A DNA stretch of 64,000 nt from Zancudomyces culisetae HAW-14-8 (GCA_052426225.1 JBNJNM010000007.1:744001-808000), one strand, 5' to 3'. Positions 12,285 to 24,900 are shown, counted from the stretch's first letter. A program made the numbers and translations. Notes: generated by a model from the letters alone, not told the origin.

Positions 12285-12635
12285 CTCTTATTTACTTTAT
12301 TTACTTTTATTTACTTTTATTTAATATTTTTATTACACTTTGTTTTGTTTGGATCAACAACCTTGGATATAATATAAACTCATACACAACTATAAAGTGC
12401 TACTATTCAGATCAAACTTGATTAAAACCCGTATTTCTATTCTTCTTTTTCTCTACTTGTCTTTTTTCTGTACTTGTTAATTAATAATTAGTCTACGGAT
12501 AGAATCGACGGGATAAAAACTTGGTCAAATCACCCTACCAGCGTATTTATTCCATTTTTTGTAGCTCTATTTATTCTGTATTCATATTTGAATAACATTA
12601 ACCTCTTCTTTTTCAATAGCAATATTATCCTAACT

Positions 12636-12660
12636 CTCCTCCTCCTCCTCCTCCTCCTTC
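12636..12660 (+). repeat. (CCT)n microsatellite
   Basis: ctcctcctcctcctcctcctccttc. Confidence 0.9.
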
Positions 12661-13925
12661 CTCTGTCCCCTTAAAAACATAAATATATTTATTTGTTTAA
12701 TGGTGTATCTTTTTTCTTTTGTTTGTGTTTATATGCTAATTATCAGCGAATGGTGTATAGTTTTTATTGACAAGTAATAATCCCGCAAATAAAAATAAAC
12801 CGCTGGCAATTCGGCTAATTATCTCTCTACAACCTTCATTTCAAATTCTGCCCTTTTCCACTCCACTCGCATTGCCCTTCCAGTTCCGAAACTTTATTCC
12901 ATTTAAAGCAATCAATGGTGTTTTCTACATTGTTATCCACAATTTATGCTCATAAATATCACACCCTCTTTTCTTATTCCTGCTCCTAACACCCCCCCCC
13001 CTCCCACCAAACAATCATAATTTTTTTTTGTTAAAGTCGGAATGAGAAGGAGAAAAAAGAAAGTGATAATGTTTGAGCCTCTTTTACTTTTACCGCTCAT
13101 TCGCAAAATAATAAAAATATAAAAATCCACCGCCTCACTTCTCCCTTCTCCCTTCCTTCTGTCCTTTTTTCCCGCCCCACTCTTTTTTTACCCTTTCAGA
13201 TTGTGCAATAATTTCAATGGTAATAACGATCGGCAAGTGGTGAGAGAAAATGGTTTGGAAAAAGTCAGGGAAGGGAAGGGGGATGGAAGAGGTAGAAGGT
13301 AACGGTCGTGTCCCGAACATGAACATTCATTCCGAGCTATTAATGTTTATTTTACCTTTTTTTCAGTATACACATCACAATGCACAAATGTACACATACA
13401 CCTTTGGAATCAGAAAATCCCCCCCCCCCCTCCCCTACTCCACACCCTAATTGCTGTTTACCTTATGGAAGATCAAAAAGTGAAATAACAATTTTCGGGT
13501 TATAAAAATAGCAAAAACCTCCCCTCTCTACTTTTTTTTTTGTATTTGAACGACAAGGTAAAAATAAAAAGCAAAGGGGATACAGGACTGTTAAATTTCA
13601 AACAAACAAACAAATCCCCAATACATGTTTTATGGTACATACCTACGAAACTCTTTATTTATCCTACGATCTTGAATATTCCAGCTTAAGCTTTTATTTT
13701 TGTTTATTCAGTTTGTATAATTACTGAATTTTCATTTGCTCATGTACATTTACCTCCTTTACCACATTTATCCTTCCTTTTTTTTAAACATATACAGGGT
13801 TATATTTGCATTAAATCTGCAAAATTCAGTTGGCTCATGATGTGTTTACGAACTGTCAAATAAACTGTCTTGATATCAATAGCAGGTAAAGTTTAGGTGG
13901 ATGGGAGGTGGATATTAAAGAAGAC

Positions 13926-13954
13926 GAAGAGGAGGAGGAGGAGGAGGAGGAGGA
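13926..13954 (+). repeat. (GGA)n microsatellite, inverted relative to the (CCT)n tract at 12636
   Basis: gaagaggaggaggaggaggaggaggagga. Confidence 0.9.
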
Positions 13955-14488
13955 ATAGGGATAAGATGGGAGCAAGCACGAGAGTGGTGTTGTTTTTTTA
14001 TTATTACCCTTCTTCCTTCAGCTTATTTGCAACCGAGGCAAAACAAAAAATAACATCCAAATCCACAAAACATTAATCTCTAATATAAATGCATTATATT
14101 ACTACATTTGTTCCTCGTAACTACAAATCCTCTCTCCTTTTTTTTCCACTTATCTTTTATTTGAAAAAAGGAAATATGCCAATACTTTCTTTTCATAGTT
14201 TTATCCCTTTTAATGAAATTGTACTTTAATACAAATTATATAACGGTAATGAACTAAGGGATTCCACAAATCGAAACCATATATTTGTATCAGGATATAA
14301 ACCATATATTATTGGAACTTACAAACGTGAAAAAAAGTGTCGTTGTAGTAGTTACCCTTGTATTTCATACATGGATATAGTGTCCGAAAAGCAATATTTA
14401 TACTCTAGAGAAGAAAAAAAAAACTATATTATAAATAACAAGTACTCATAGTCAACTCTTTCAGCATATATTTTTGTAAAAGAAAAAA

Positions 14489-16342
14489 ATGAGTGACGAC
14501 GAAGTAAAATCCAGATCTCGTCGGGTTAGAAAACTAGATGATCAGTGTGCACCTCCGCCCAAGGCCATGTTAAACCAGAACAAGGATTTGCCATCTAGGA
14601 TTTCTGACGATTCAAGAACACTAACTGATGCTTCACAAGCACCAGACTCACAGGCTCCAGGCAAAAAAAGACTTTTTGGCAAATTCTTTGGGCTCAGGAA
14701 GGATAAGTCTTCTGGTGTAGGGTCGAATGAAGGAGCTAAGGCCGATGACAAAAACGCCGGCGATTCCGCATCAATGTACGACGGTGGCCCTGATTCCAAT
14801 GATACCAAGAGTATCTTTTCGTTCAGAACTAGAGATTTGTTGCGAAGCGAATCTGGAAACGGTGCAGAAGCATCTGTAGTCAATGAAAATGTCTTGGCTG
14901 TTGCACTAAAAGTTGTAATTATTGGCTTTTCCTATTCTGGAGCCACGCTCAGTGCGTATCTGGAGAAAATTGCCAAGTACCACGTCAAAATCATTATTAT
15001 TGAGCAGGATAAGGAAGTTTATTTTACCGCTGGTGCCCATGCTGCATGCTTGGACGTCACACTCGCTCCGTATCTCGAAGTTCCAATTAACGAAGAAAAG
15101 GTGTTCAAGTACAAGCATAACCAGATAATCAGGGGTTCAGTCTGTGATATCACCGACGAGTATGTCGAAACCAAGGATGGAAAGATGATACATTATGACG
15201 TCCTTGTGGTTGCTACAGGAAGTATATACCCACCACCCAATCAGTTCCAGAACACTACAGGTCCTGGTATGGGTCTACTGCGGAAAAAGACCGAAGATGC
15301 CGATACTACCCACACTAAAACAACCAAAGAAATGACCAGCTACTTCCAACAATACCTAAAATCCAAAACTATCCTTGTTATTGGAGGTGGGCTGACTGGG
15401 TGTGAATTTACCACTCGTATCAGAAAGGATGCAAACGCAAAGAAAGTCACCCTGATTCATGACAAACCCATGCTTCTTGATGATAGCTTCCCTGAAAAAT
15501 TTAGAAAGAAGCTTGCTGATAAACTCAAATATGAAGGCGTTGAATTGTTACTTAACGAAACGGCTGCCATTCCTACAGATGGCAATTTTGGATATCCACC
15601 AAAGGGAAGATGGGTAGAAACAAAGGCAGGAACGATGATATTTTCCGATATTCAGGTAATTAAGCAGCTTTAACTTTTTTTTTTTCCAACTATATATATT
15701 TATCTGCATAAACCATAATAATCAAAGATAACAGAAAACTAAAACACCATGGTTATGTATGTGTAATATGTAACTTTATAGATAAATTGTACTGGACATA
15801 AAGGAAACACTTCATTCATGTTCAAAAACGAAAAAATGTTCAAGAAAGCCGTCGAAGAAACCAGCAACTTTATCAAAGTCAACCGATACATGCAGGTTAT
15901 CGGGCATCAAAAGATCTTTGCCATTGGGGACTGTACAAACATCGACGGAATCAAGTGCTTTGACCGGATCAAAAAACAAGTCGCAGCAGTTGGAAACAGC
16001 ATTTGTAATTGGGCTATGGAACACGTAAAGCTTCACCTCGAAGAATTTGGTGATGATAGCGGTGGTGGTGGTGGTGGGTCCCATATCGATGCTGCTGCTA
16101 TTGTTGACAGCATCAAGTTGGAGTACTGGCATCCTGATTCTGATGTGGCTCTTGATAGCATCAAGCGCAATGAAATCGATCAATCTATCTACTTTACAAA
16201 GGAAAAATGGATGAACAATGAAAATTATCCTCTGGAACCCAGAATTACCACATTTGGGGAAATCTCGACAAGAAAAGTGGATGACTTGAAACACTTTTAC
16301 CGGTTGTTGGGTAGTGAACTGGAGAGTCACAGTGGATTCTAA
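14489..16342 (+). CDS. AIF/AMID (AIFM2/FSP1)-like FAD/NAD(P)H oxidoreductase with N-terminal disordered extension
   Basis: Exons 14489-15655 and 15782-16342 (intron gtaatt...ttatag, phase 0). Motifs VVIIGFSYSG, YDVLVVATGS, ILVIGGGLTGCE, INCTG, IKVNRYMQV and IFAIGD. Confidence 0.85.
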
Positions 16343-16433
16343 GCCGATCATATATTATGTACATTTGCTTATATAAGTGTATGTTTTATTGATCAAAATG
16401 GCATTTTGTTTACCTTAATCTACTAGCAGTAAC

Positions 16434-16457
16434 TATTATTATTATTATTATTATTAT
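16434..16457 (+). repeat. (TAT)n microsatellite between convergent 3' ends of the AIF-like and SPRY genes
   Basis: tattattattattattattattat. Confidence 0.85.
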
Positions 16458-16616
16458 TTTACTAATGTAAATGAAATAAATGACTTTCAAAGTATTCATA
16501 ATTAAGATAAGAAAGAGAAAACGAAAACAGAAAAAGTAAATAGAAAAGAAGGGGAGAGAGAGACAGAATCAAAAAATATATAATAATTAATGTATAGATG
16601 CGTATATAAAAGTGAG

Positions 16617-19600
16617 CTAGTGATACCAAGATTCAAAATTATAGACATTAAATGCATTCCACACACAATGTATTGGAGGAGTAGGACTGGGTTGGCTGGC
16701 ATGACCATCGTTGCTGTTGCTGTTGCTGTTGCTGTTGTTGCCGGTATTCGAATGCTCAAATTCAAAGTGTACATTTGGAACTTCGCAAACCAAATGATCC
16801 TTGATAAAAAACAGAATCTGGGAATTCATTGGGTTGTAACCAAAGGTGAGCCAGGATGAATTGATTAGGTTTGGTGGCGGAGGTGATGGAGATGATAAAA
16901 GTGATGGCGAAGACCTAGTGCTTGGAGAAGAATAACCAGGTGTACCGTCCCTGGTGTCTTGAATATTAGTGTCAAGTGGGTAAAATGATACATCATCACT
17001 ACTGTTCTCAGGTTCTTTACCTTTACCATTTATGGCTGTTGTTATTGCTGTGAAAGAACTGTGGTTGTGGTTGTGGTTGTGGTTGTGGTTGTGATGAAGC
17101 ATAAATTTGGTGTGTGAGTCAACCAGATAATTATAAATGCGCTTGCCAGTAATATCGGAACAACGGCTATCTTTATGTAGAGAAGACTCTACTGTTGGGA
17201 CTGTTGAATCCAGACAAGTGGATGAGGCGAGCTTATCAATGATATTATCAGCTTTGCAGATTACAAGGTACCAAGAAAGATAAACAGAAGAGCTGTCACA
17301 ATCGTGAGGATTGCTATCATCATGATTATCATTATCATTGTTATTGTTGTTGTTGTTGTTGTTGTTGTCATTGTCATCACTGTCGTAGTCAGAATGGTTG
17401 GTTTGTGGAAGACAAAATGGAAGTGTTGGCAAACAAAGTAGGGATAGGTAGATGTTTGTAAAGGGAATTTTGGAATAGACAAAGGGGCAAGAGCCGAAAG
17501 AGGGAGAGGTAGAATGACGAGCGACAGAGAGTTTTGGATATGCAAACCTAATGCTTTCAAAAGATGAAGAGTTAAAAGATGGCTGAGAAAGATGGTGTTG
17601 ATCATCCGAATCCAACCCTACATCCAAACCATAGAGGGTAGAGGTAAAAGTATTTGTGGGAATGGGAAATCTTGCGTATTGAGAATCAGAAGACAAAATA
17701 GAAACGGGGATAGAGGAAGGTGATGGAGAGGGTAAAAGGTATTCATAGTTCCAGGGCAGAAACTTGACGCCCTGATACTGCGAGAGACTAATAGCAGGGA
17801 ACCAAAGCCGCGGATTTTCAGATGGAGTGGGAAGGTAGCTAAACAAACCAGAAGAATCATTTTGGGCACCAGCACCAAAAATAATGCCATGTTGCACACC
17901 GTTGACCAATAACTCAACAGTGTTGGAGACACAGTGGTAAGTCAAGGTCACAATGTCACCAGGATGCCAGCGGCCGCCAAACTCATCATACGTCGAAATG
18001 CCATACCAACGACATTTCCGGAATCCATCAAAGGCAATAGACTCAGAGTCGTCGTCGCCAACACCCTTGCCGCTGATTGGGTACTGAACGGACTTGTCGG
18101 TTACGAAGCCAACCTGCATTAGACCGCCAGTCAGCAGCTGAACGGAAAACGAAACCTTGTCCAGAATTCCAGAGCTGCGAACATTGGGACCATACATCGG
18201 ATATTGCGAAGTTATGGTGACAAACTCAAAAGAAGTGTTGAACACACTGGACTGGCTCGATATAAACACTAGTGGGTCGTACAAATTGTCGCGCACATGG
18301 CGGAACTGGCTGTTGCCAACAGTTAAGCCACAGCGCCGAGTTAATTCCGGAGTCTGCAGCGGTTTGTCACTGACAGTCCGTTTTAGCAGGATTGAGCGAG
18401 CCATAACTGCGGATATTTCGGTGCTAAACATACTGCGTTTGCAGATATTGTCTTTTTTTGGACCTTTGATGGTACTAAGACAATCTGACACCGAAGCATC
18501 AATTACATTGTTGAACACGAGCGTTCGCTGGTTAAACCCACTACCTTCTAAACCGTCATTTTCTCCATCTTCTGATGCAGTATAGTACAAGTCACCCAGC
18601 AAACCCTTATTGTAATCACCTTCACCCTGGCCTCTTTTAATTATCATTACTCTTGTATTGGGTTTTGGCGATGATTCCTGTGTTTTTTTCTGTTGAGCTG
18701 CTGCTAAGTCTTCAATTTTTTGTTCACATTCTACTTTACAATAGTCTACCAAAAGTTCAATTATTTTGTTGGTTTTGTGCAGCGAACAGTTGTCTAATGG
18801 AATGTTCTTGACCAAAAATAACTCCAACCCGCGTGGAGTGAACGGCGCCTTGTTGATGGCTTGGGCTAGTATACATATCTCTTCGCAGTCTTCTTTAACG
18901 CCCACAATGTTCCCTAACGCCATCACTGCCAAATGCAACAGTGTCAGCTCCATCGTCAGATGAAGGTTTTTAAGCCATTCACTAACCGACCTGTTGGCCC
19001 TGTCTTCTGCATTCCTCTCTTCTTCCTTGTCCCTCTTTTCTCGCCCCTTTCCAGCTGCTGGTATTGTCTTGATAACCATCGATTCTTGGATGCCTGTAGC
19101 CGTCTCCTGTGCGGAATTCAGTCCTGTGGTTCCTATCAACTGCTTTGATTTCTTTATCAGACTCGATGCCTCGCTACTTCTACCTTTTCTTGTTTCTGTA
19201 AAAACTGTTCTAAACTCATCAGACCCCAAAACCCTCATTACTCGTCTGAAAAATCCCCGTTTATTATCGCCATTGCTGTACTTTACCAATGTGCCCCACA
19301 GCTTATATTTCGCCTCTTTCTTCACAGCCGTCACTCCCCCACTTCCCACTGCTTGATTTGCCACATACTTCAATGTTAATATTCCTAAAAGCATGGCTGT
19401 CAGATCCATCAACAACTTGGTAATTTTGTCCCATTCTCCCGGCTTGCCTACTCCCGCCAACATATCAATCCATTTTACCACGCTCAATGAATCCACCGTA
19501 CTTAAAAAGTTCGAAATACCCATTGTAAGCTTTCGTGGCATATCTGCCTGTTCAGCCTCCGTTTTATTCGTCGAAGTAATCGTCCCATAAACATTGACAT

Positions 19601-21383
19601 CACACTCCATCTCCTTCATCAGTGCCTCCAATCGTTTCTCAAACCGGTCCATAAATAACCTGACACATTTGACTTTGACCTCTGCAGGATTTACCTTTTC
19701 AAATATCAACAACGCCAAAATCGATTTCACTACCTGTAAACTAATCGTATCGTATTCCTTATTCCCAAATAACCCATACACCCAATCTCTAAGGTCTGGA
19801 TCGAAATATCTTGTAGCTGTTTCGTTATCACTTGAACAAACCCCTATAATTGCCGAAACCAAATTCATCCTCACCTCCAGCGCATCTGTCTGAACTAGCT
19901 TTTTAAATATCGATTTTACGCCCTTGTGCTCTCCAACTCGTTTTCCCACCGCTTTGGAGTTAAACAAATTCAATATTATTACAGACAACGCTTGGCACAT
20001 TTGGATACTATAATTCTTGTCTGGCTGATCAATGTAACTCTCCCCAACCTCAAAAATATCACTACTCAAGATTAGTCCATGGGTTTTGACGTTGGATGAT
20101 ATCGTGGGCAATAGTGTCATTGCCCAGTAGCACGTTTCGTAGTCCTTGTACGTAAAAAGCCCCAGTATCCGCTGTATAACTTTGGATTCTACTATTTCCT
20201 CTATAAACTTGTCTGAATCCGTCTTATCTGATAGTATGTACCAATATATCCTTAATATAAGCTGGTTTGAATACACCACCTTGGTCACCGACAAGTGCTG
20301 CCCAAGTAGCCCCGTAAACCCCTTGATCTTTCTAAACTTTGTCCGACCCACGTTTTTCAGCACCAGCTCGTGAATCATTCCTATAGACCACGATAAAATC
20401 CCTTGATCTTCTTTGTGTAGTGAAGTGCACAAAAACTCTGCTATCCCCATTTCCAGCATCAGCTCAAACTTTTCCGTTTTTATCTTTTCATATTCCTTTG
20501 TTGGGTTGGTTGCCATTCTGACCATTGCCTCTAAAATGCTTCGGTTTATCGTTACATCTGCAGTAAACCCAGTGGCCAATTCGTAAATATTTATCATTAT
20601 ATCCTTCTCCAGCATTTGCAAACAATACTCCCCCTCAAGTGACAACTTGTGTATTATCTTTATTATACTCTCTATCATATTGTATGGATAGTTGCTATAT
20701 TCATTCAACACCTCATGCATTTTGTCAATAATTGCTTCTAGATTTTCTTGCAGCCCACCCCTCTTGACCGTTTTCATCGTAGAATGGTCGATAATATTAT
20801 ACAACGAGTTAAATACCAGTTCTAAAATCTGTGGACGCGTTTCCCTCGATAAAATATCGGTCAATACCTGGATCACACCCTCCTCAACCATCTTTTTGCA
20901 GTATGTTTTCTTTTCTGTCAAACTCAAGAGCACCATAACCGCCGCTTTGATTCTATCCTTGTTTCTACTTTCCATACATACTGCAAATAGCTGTCGCAGG
21001 TTTTTTTTTACCGTAAGTGTCGAATACAAAACCTTTTCCGCCTTGACTCTCGTTTTGTGATCTGGAGATTGGCTCAACAGGTACACTGCCATCTCCTTCA
21101 TATACCTTTGTCTCTCCCTTGGGCCCCATCTATATAATAACCCCGGAACAACTTCGTTATGTTCGTTTATCAGCTCGTCCAGAGCGAGTTCTCCGCTTTC
21201 TCTCTCCTCTTTTTTTCTCTCACGCCTTTTCTTCTTGTTTTTGCCTGATTGCTTCCCATTCGCCTCACTATCTGTAATGTTCTCATTAAAATTGTCGAAC
21301 TGAGTTTTAATATGGTAAATGATTCCTAGCACACCCAGCGCCACTGCCACATTTACGATCAAATTTACGTTTTTCGACTCCAT
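16617..21383 (-). CDS. N-terminal signal-anchor + ARM-repeat + SPRY domain protein (RSPRY1/RNF123-type SPRY)
   Basis: Long ORF, first ATG at 21383; possible upstream exons to 21686. Hydrophobic LIVNVAVALGVLGIIYHI is followed by a basic KKKRRERKK stretch and ARM-like helices (KMVEEGVIQVLTDIL; LEMGIAEFLCTSL). SPRY signature LLTGGLMQVGFVT..GKGVGDD..SIAFDGFRKCRW..WHPGDIV..VNG..WFPAISL. Confidence 0.75.
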   Translation of the reverse strand: MESKNVNLIVNVAVALGVLGIIYHIKTQFDNFNENITDSEANGKQSGKNKKKRRERKKEERESGELALDELINEHNEVVPGLLYRWGPRERQRYMKEMAVYLLSQSPDHKTRVKAEKVLYSTLTVKKNLRQLFAVCMESRNKDRIKAAVMVLLSLTEKKTYCKKMVEEGVIQVLTDILSRETRPQILELVFNSLYNIIDHSTMKTVKRGGLQENLEAIIDKMHEVLNEYSNYPYNMIESIIKIIHKLSLEGEYCLQMLEKDIMINIYELATGFTADVTINRSILEAMVRMATNPTKEYEKIKTEKFELMLEMGIAEFLCTSLHKEDQGILSWSIGMIHELVLKNVGRTKFRKIKGFTGLLGQHLSVTKVVYSNQLILRIYWYILSDKTDSDKFIEEIVESKVIQRILGLFTYKDYETCYWAMTLLPTISSNVKTHGLILSSDIFEVGESYIDQPDKNYSIQMCQALSVIILNLFNSKAVGKRVGEHKGVKSIFKKLVQTDALEVRMNLVSAIIGVCSSDNETATRYFDPDLRDWVYGLFGNKEYDTISLQVVKSILALLIFEKVNPAEVKVKCVRLFMDRFEKRLEALMKEMECDVNVYGTITSTNKTEAEQADMPRKLTMGISNFLSTVDSLSVVKWIDMLAGVGKPGEWDKITKLLMDLTAMLLGILTLKYVANQAVGSGGVTAVKKEAKYKLWGTLVKYSNGDNKRGFFRRVMRVLGSDEFRTVFTETRKGRSSEASSLIKKSKQLIGTTGLNSAQETATGIQESMVIKTIPAAGKGREKRDKEEERNAEDRANRSVSEWLKNLHLTMELTLLHLAVMALGNIVGVKEDCEEICILAQAINKAPFTPRGLELFLVKNIPLDNCSLHKTNKIIELLVDYCKVECEQKIEDLAAAQQKKTQESSPKPNTRVMIIKRGQGEGDYNKGLLGDLYYTASEDGENDGLEGSGFNQRTLVFNNVIDASVSDCLSTIKGPKKDNICKRSMFSTEISAVMARSILLKRTVSDKPLQTPELTRRCGLTVGNSQFRHVRDNLYDPLVFISSQSSVFNTSFEFVTITSQYPMYGPNVRSSGILDKVSFSVQLLTGGLMQVGFVTDKSVQYPISGKGVGDDDSESIAFDGFRKCRWYGISTYDEFGGRWHPGDIVTLTYHCVSNTVELLVNGVQHGIIFGAGAQNDSSGLFSYLPTPSENPRLWFPAISLSQYQGVKFLPWNYEYLLPSPSPSSIPVSILSSDSQYARFPIPTNTFTSTLYGLDVGLDSDDQHHLSQPSFNSSSFESIRFAYPKLSVARHSTSPSFGSCPFVYSKIPFTNIYLSLLCLPTLPFCLPQTNHSDYDSDDNDNNNNNNNNNNDNDNHDDSNPHDCDSSSVYLSWYLVICKADNIIDKLASSTCLDSTVPTVESSLHKDSRCSDITGKRIYNYLVDSHTKFMLHHNHNHNHNHNHSSFTAITTAINGKGKEPENSSDDVSFYPLDTNIQDTRDGTPGYSSPSTRSSPSLLSSPSPPPPNLINSSWLTFGYNPMNSQILFFIKDHLVCEVPNVHFEFEHSNTGNNSNSNSNSNDGHASQPSPTPPIHCVWNAFNVYNFESWYH

Positions 21384-21992
21384 TTCTTGTATTGTATCCA
21401 AATATTTTATCTAACATAGTTTCTTGTATTTTAGCTTATTTGAAACATGAAATTAAACAGTTTAAATTACGTTAACTAAGCTGCACCAATGAATGTTGCG
21501 ATAACTGGCGGAGAAATATTGCTTCAAAATCTGGTTACAAGATAGGGTTGGACTGGGTTAGAAATGCAAGAATGGTGGGAAAAGAAAAAGAAAGCGATGC
21601 TCTCATAAAAGTCGAATTACACCTGCACAGTAGTCACATCTAATTAGTAGGATCTTCCTCCCACTTTCTGTCTTCAATACCACCATGAAATGTTATTCAC
21701 CTAGTAAAACCGGAATCAAGAATATTGACCAAAGTTATGACTGTGTCTGGGTGGATATATACGTTTACATGTTTTTATTTAGCTCAATTGTTAAATGTGA
21801 AATAATGGTTTAATTGGAAAACAAGCCAAAAAATATTTTAAATACTCCTCCTATCTCCCTCTCTCTTCTTCTCTCTTTTATAGATTGGGAAACTCTAATC
21901 ATCAAAAAAGAAGCGTATATACCAAGGGAGAAACGTGAACGGATATATAGATATACTATATCTGCTGTTTCTGAACGCTAAAGTTATATTCT

Positions 21993-24900
21993 TTACACAA
22001 GGCCAACGGCATTGTATGATATACTGAATGATGGTGAACTCCAGTAATCGAATGTAGGTCCTTCAGAGTATCTACCAATTGGTTTCAGTGCCTTTAACTT
22101 GATATAATATGATCCAGGACTGATTTTTCCCACCAAGGGCCTGAAGGAAATGTCATCACTATCCTCATTGTCCATTCGAGGTTTAACATCGTCAAGAGTG
22201 TTCTTTGGGTAAATATCATTCTTCATTGTATTTTTATACATAATTTCACCCAAGCTGGTTGAAGTAACAAACTTTGGCTGTCCAACACCTGCTAACTTTC
22301 TGAGCAGACCCATTATATCCCGCTTGATATTTACCATGGAAAATGCGCTATAGCCGCTCTGTACCCCCTTAAACTCTTGAGCCTGATTTGTATCCTTTAG
22401 CATGTAACTGTTTGAGTATACTGAAGCATCGTTCAAACCCATTATTTTTGCTGAAACGGGGTCATAGTCAGGAGCCGCTATCTGCTCAAACTTTCCACTT
22501 TTTCCTGCACTACCAATTCTCTTCATAAAGGAAGATACCTCGGCTAACCGCAATCCTATTCCAATAAACTCAAACATGTACATTGACCGCTTTGATGCAA
22601 ACGGATTGTTATCATCACCTCCCAAACTGCGCCCCACGAGCGTACTTATTCCCTTTGGATGAATGAAACTTACTGTCTTGTTTGTATTTGCATCAACAAG
22701 TTCGGCAGTAAGCAACATGGTTGGATGATGCAACTTCAACGACACAATTGGATGTTCTCCCTTTGCCAAATTGAAGCTCAAATCCTTTGCAATCAGTTTG
22801 TCTCTGACGTTTTGAATGACTGGTTTGCCAACATTGGCGGATTTTAAGTATTCTTTAATCAACGTATTTGAAGTAAGGAATGGCGCGTTTTTATCTGCAC
22901 CTCCAGGCATTACCTTCATTTGTGAGTAGTCGTCAGCCATGCCCAGGTAGGTTACTGTCAGATCGTTTTTGACCTTGGAGTCGCTATCCTTTGGCACCTT
23001 CAACAAAAAGTATCCACTAAAGAGCCAGAATTTTCCGTTGGCAGAAGTAGTGGGAGAAGTAAGTGTATAGCTTATATCTTTTGTCTCTCCAGGAGCGAGT
23101 GTTATTTCTGAGTTGTCAAACTCAACTTTGGCCTCTGCCTTTCCATAACTCACCTTGCCATTATACTTGCCATCTTTGTCATGCTCTGTAATTGCCTGGA
23201 CGGGTACATGTTCAATCTTGTAACGTACAGAGTTTTCGGAATTATTTTTTACTGTTAGGGATCCCTTATACTCCTTGCCTTGTTTCAGATCACCTAATTT
23301 TATTTGTGTTGGGAATACATCAACCTTGTTAGTTATAAGGCATTCAGCATCAAGCAACCCAGAGCCTTGAACGGGAACACTTGCAAATTGATCAGTGACC
23401 TTTTCGTTTTCATCTACATGCAGCACTGGTCTGGAACATGCCTTGACTACGTCCTTGAACTTCATGGCATAGTTTTTGCTTTCGCCTTTTTTTGCGTTTT
23501 CCTTGTTTTGGTACTCTAGCCATAGCGCAGCCACACCAGAAAGATATGGTGCTGCCATGGATGTCCCAGAGATCATGGTGTATCCACCCTTTTTCATTGG
23601 ATATGTCGAGTAGATTTTTCCTCCTGGTGTCACAACATCGGGTTTGCTTTCCAAAACAGGGCCTGGACCAATTGATGAATATTGTGATACTTTTCCACCA
23701 GTTTCGGGCACAAACTTGATATTATTCTTTGTAGTAGACAATTTCAACGATTTGCCGCTTTTAGCTTGCTCCTTGATTTTCAACCAGTCGTTTTTGCTAA
23801 TCATTACTGCTGGAATTTTAAGTGACTGTTTTTTGAGCATCATCTTTGCATGGCCTGCCTTGTTGTTGTAAATAACCACACCATCGGCACCGGCTTTCTG
23901 AGCGTTTTCTATCTTATCTTGGAAGGTACACTCTCCTCTTTGTACAAACAATATTTTTCCTTTAACTGATGAATCGGTAATTGGAGTACATCCAAGTTTA
24001 TTTCTAATATCTTCACCAAGCACTATTCCTGCGTTATCCAGATCGAACTTTTGGTTTGTTGATGATTTACCCATTTCTAAGTCACATTTTTCATTTACAC
24101 GATAAATACTCATTCAGATATAAATATCAGATAAGGGATTATATTGTAGGGTATAGCAATCAAATATAAATACTTACCAATAGTAACGTCTTTTTCGCCA
24201 TGCAAAATAAAAGCACGAGCAAAGAATTGGCTAGAATCAGTTGAGCCAACAGCAATCACATCATCACCCATTGATGGTGATCCGCCAGTCCAAAGTCCGA
24301 ACTCTCCTTCATTTCCAAAAGCGGCCACCACAATCACTCCGTATTGTGAGATTGCAGATGAGATTTTGGAGTCGAGATACTGTGACCAGTTTGAAGTTCC
24401 CCCAAACGACATATTTATGACATCGCTTTTGTCTTTGAACGCCTGCAATAGCGCAGTTATGACAACATCATAGTCAACCTGTGACTTTTTTCCACAACCA
24501 AATATTCTGTAGACAGACAACTTTGAATCGGGTGCAACACCTACAAAATCCTTATCCCTTGCAGCCACAATTCCTGATACATGCGTTCCGTGACCAACAC
24601 AGTCGTCATATGGGGTCGCAAGTGCTTTTGCTCTGTTTTTGGACCCACCACCCACATAATTCAAGCCACTTTCGACTTTACATCCCTTTCCAAAGCATCC
24701 ACCCAAGGACGCATGTGTATAATCCACACCTGAATCGATTATGGCAACCTTTATTCCTTTACCAGACAGGCCGTATACTTCGTGCAACTTTGACACACCA
24801 GTGTCCTTGTGTGTAATGTTTAGATTTGGCTTTCCGTCAAATTCAACAAGCTGTGAATGCAAATGGTCTACCTTTTTCCTTAGCTACACGTGAAGTTTTT

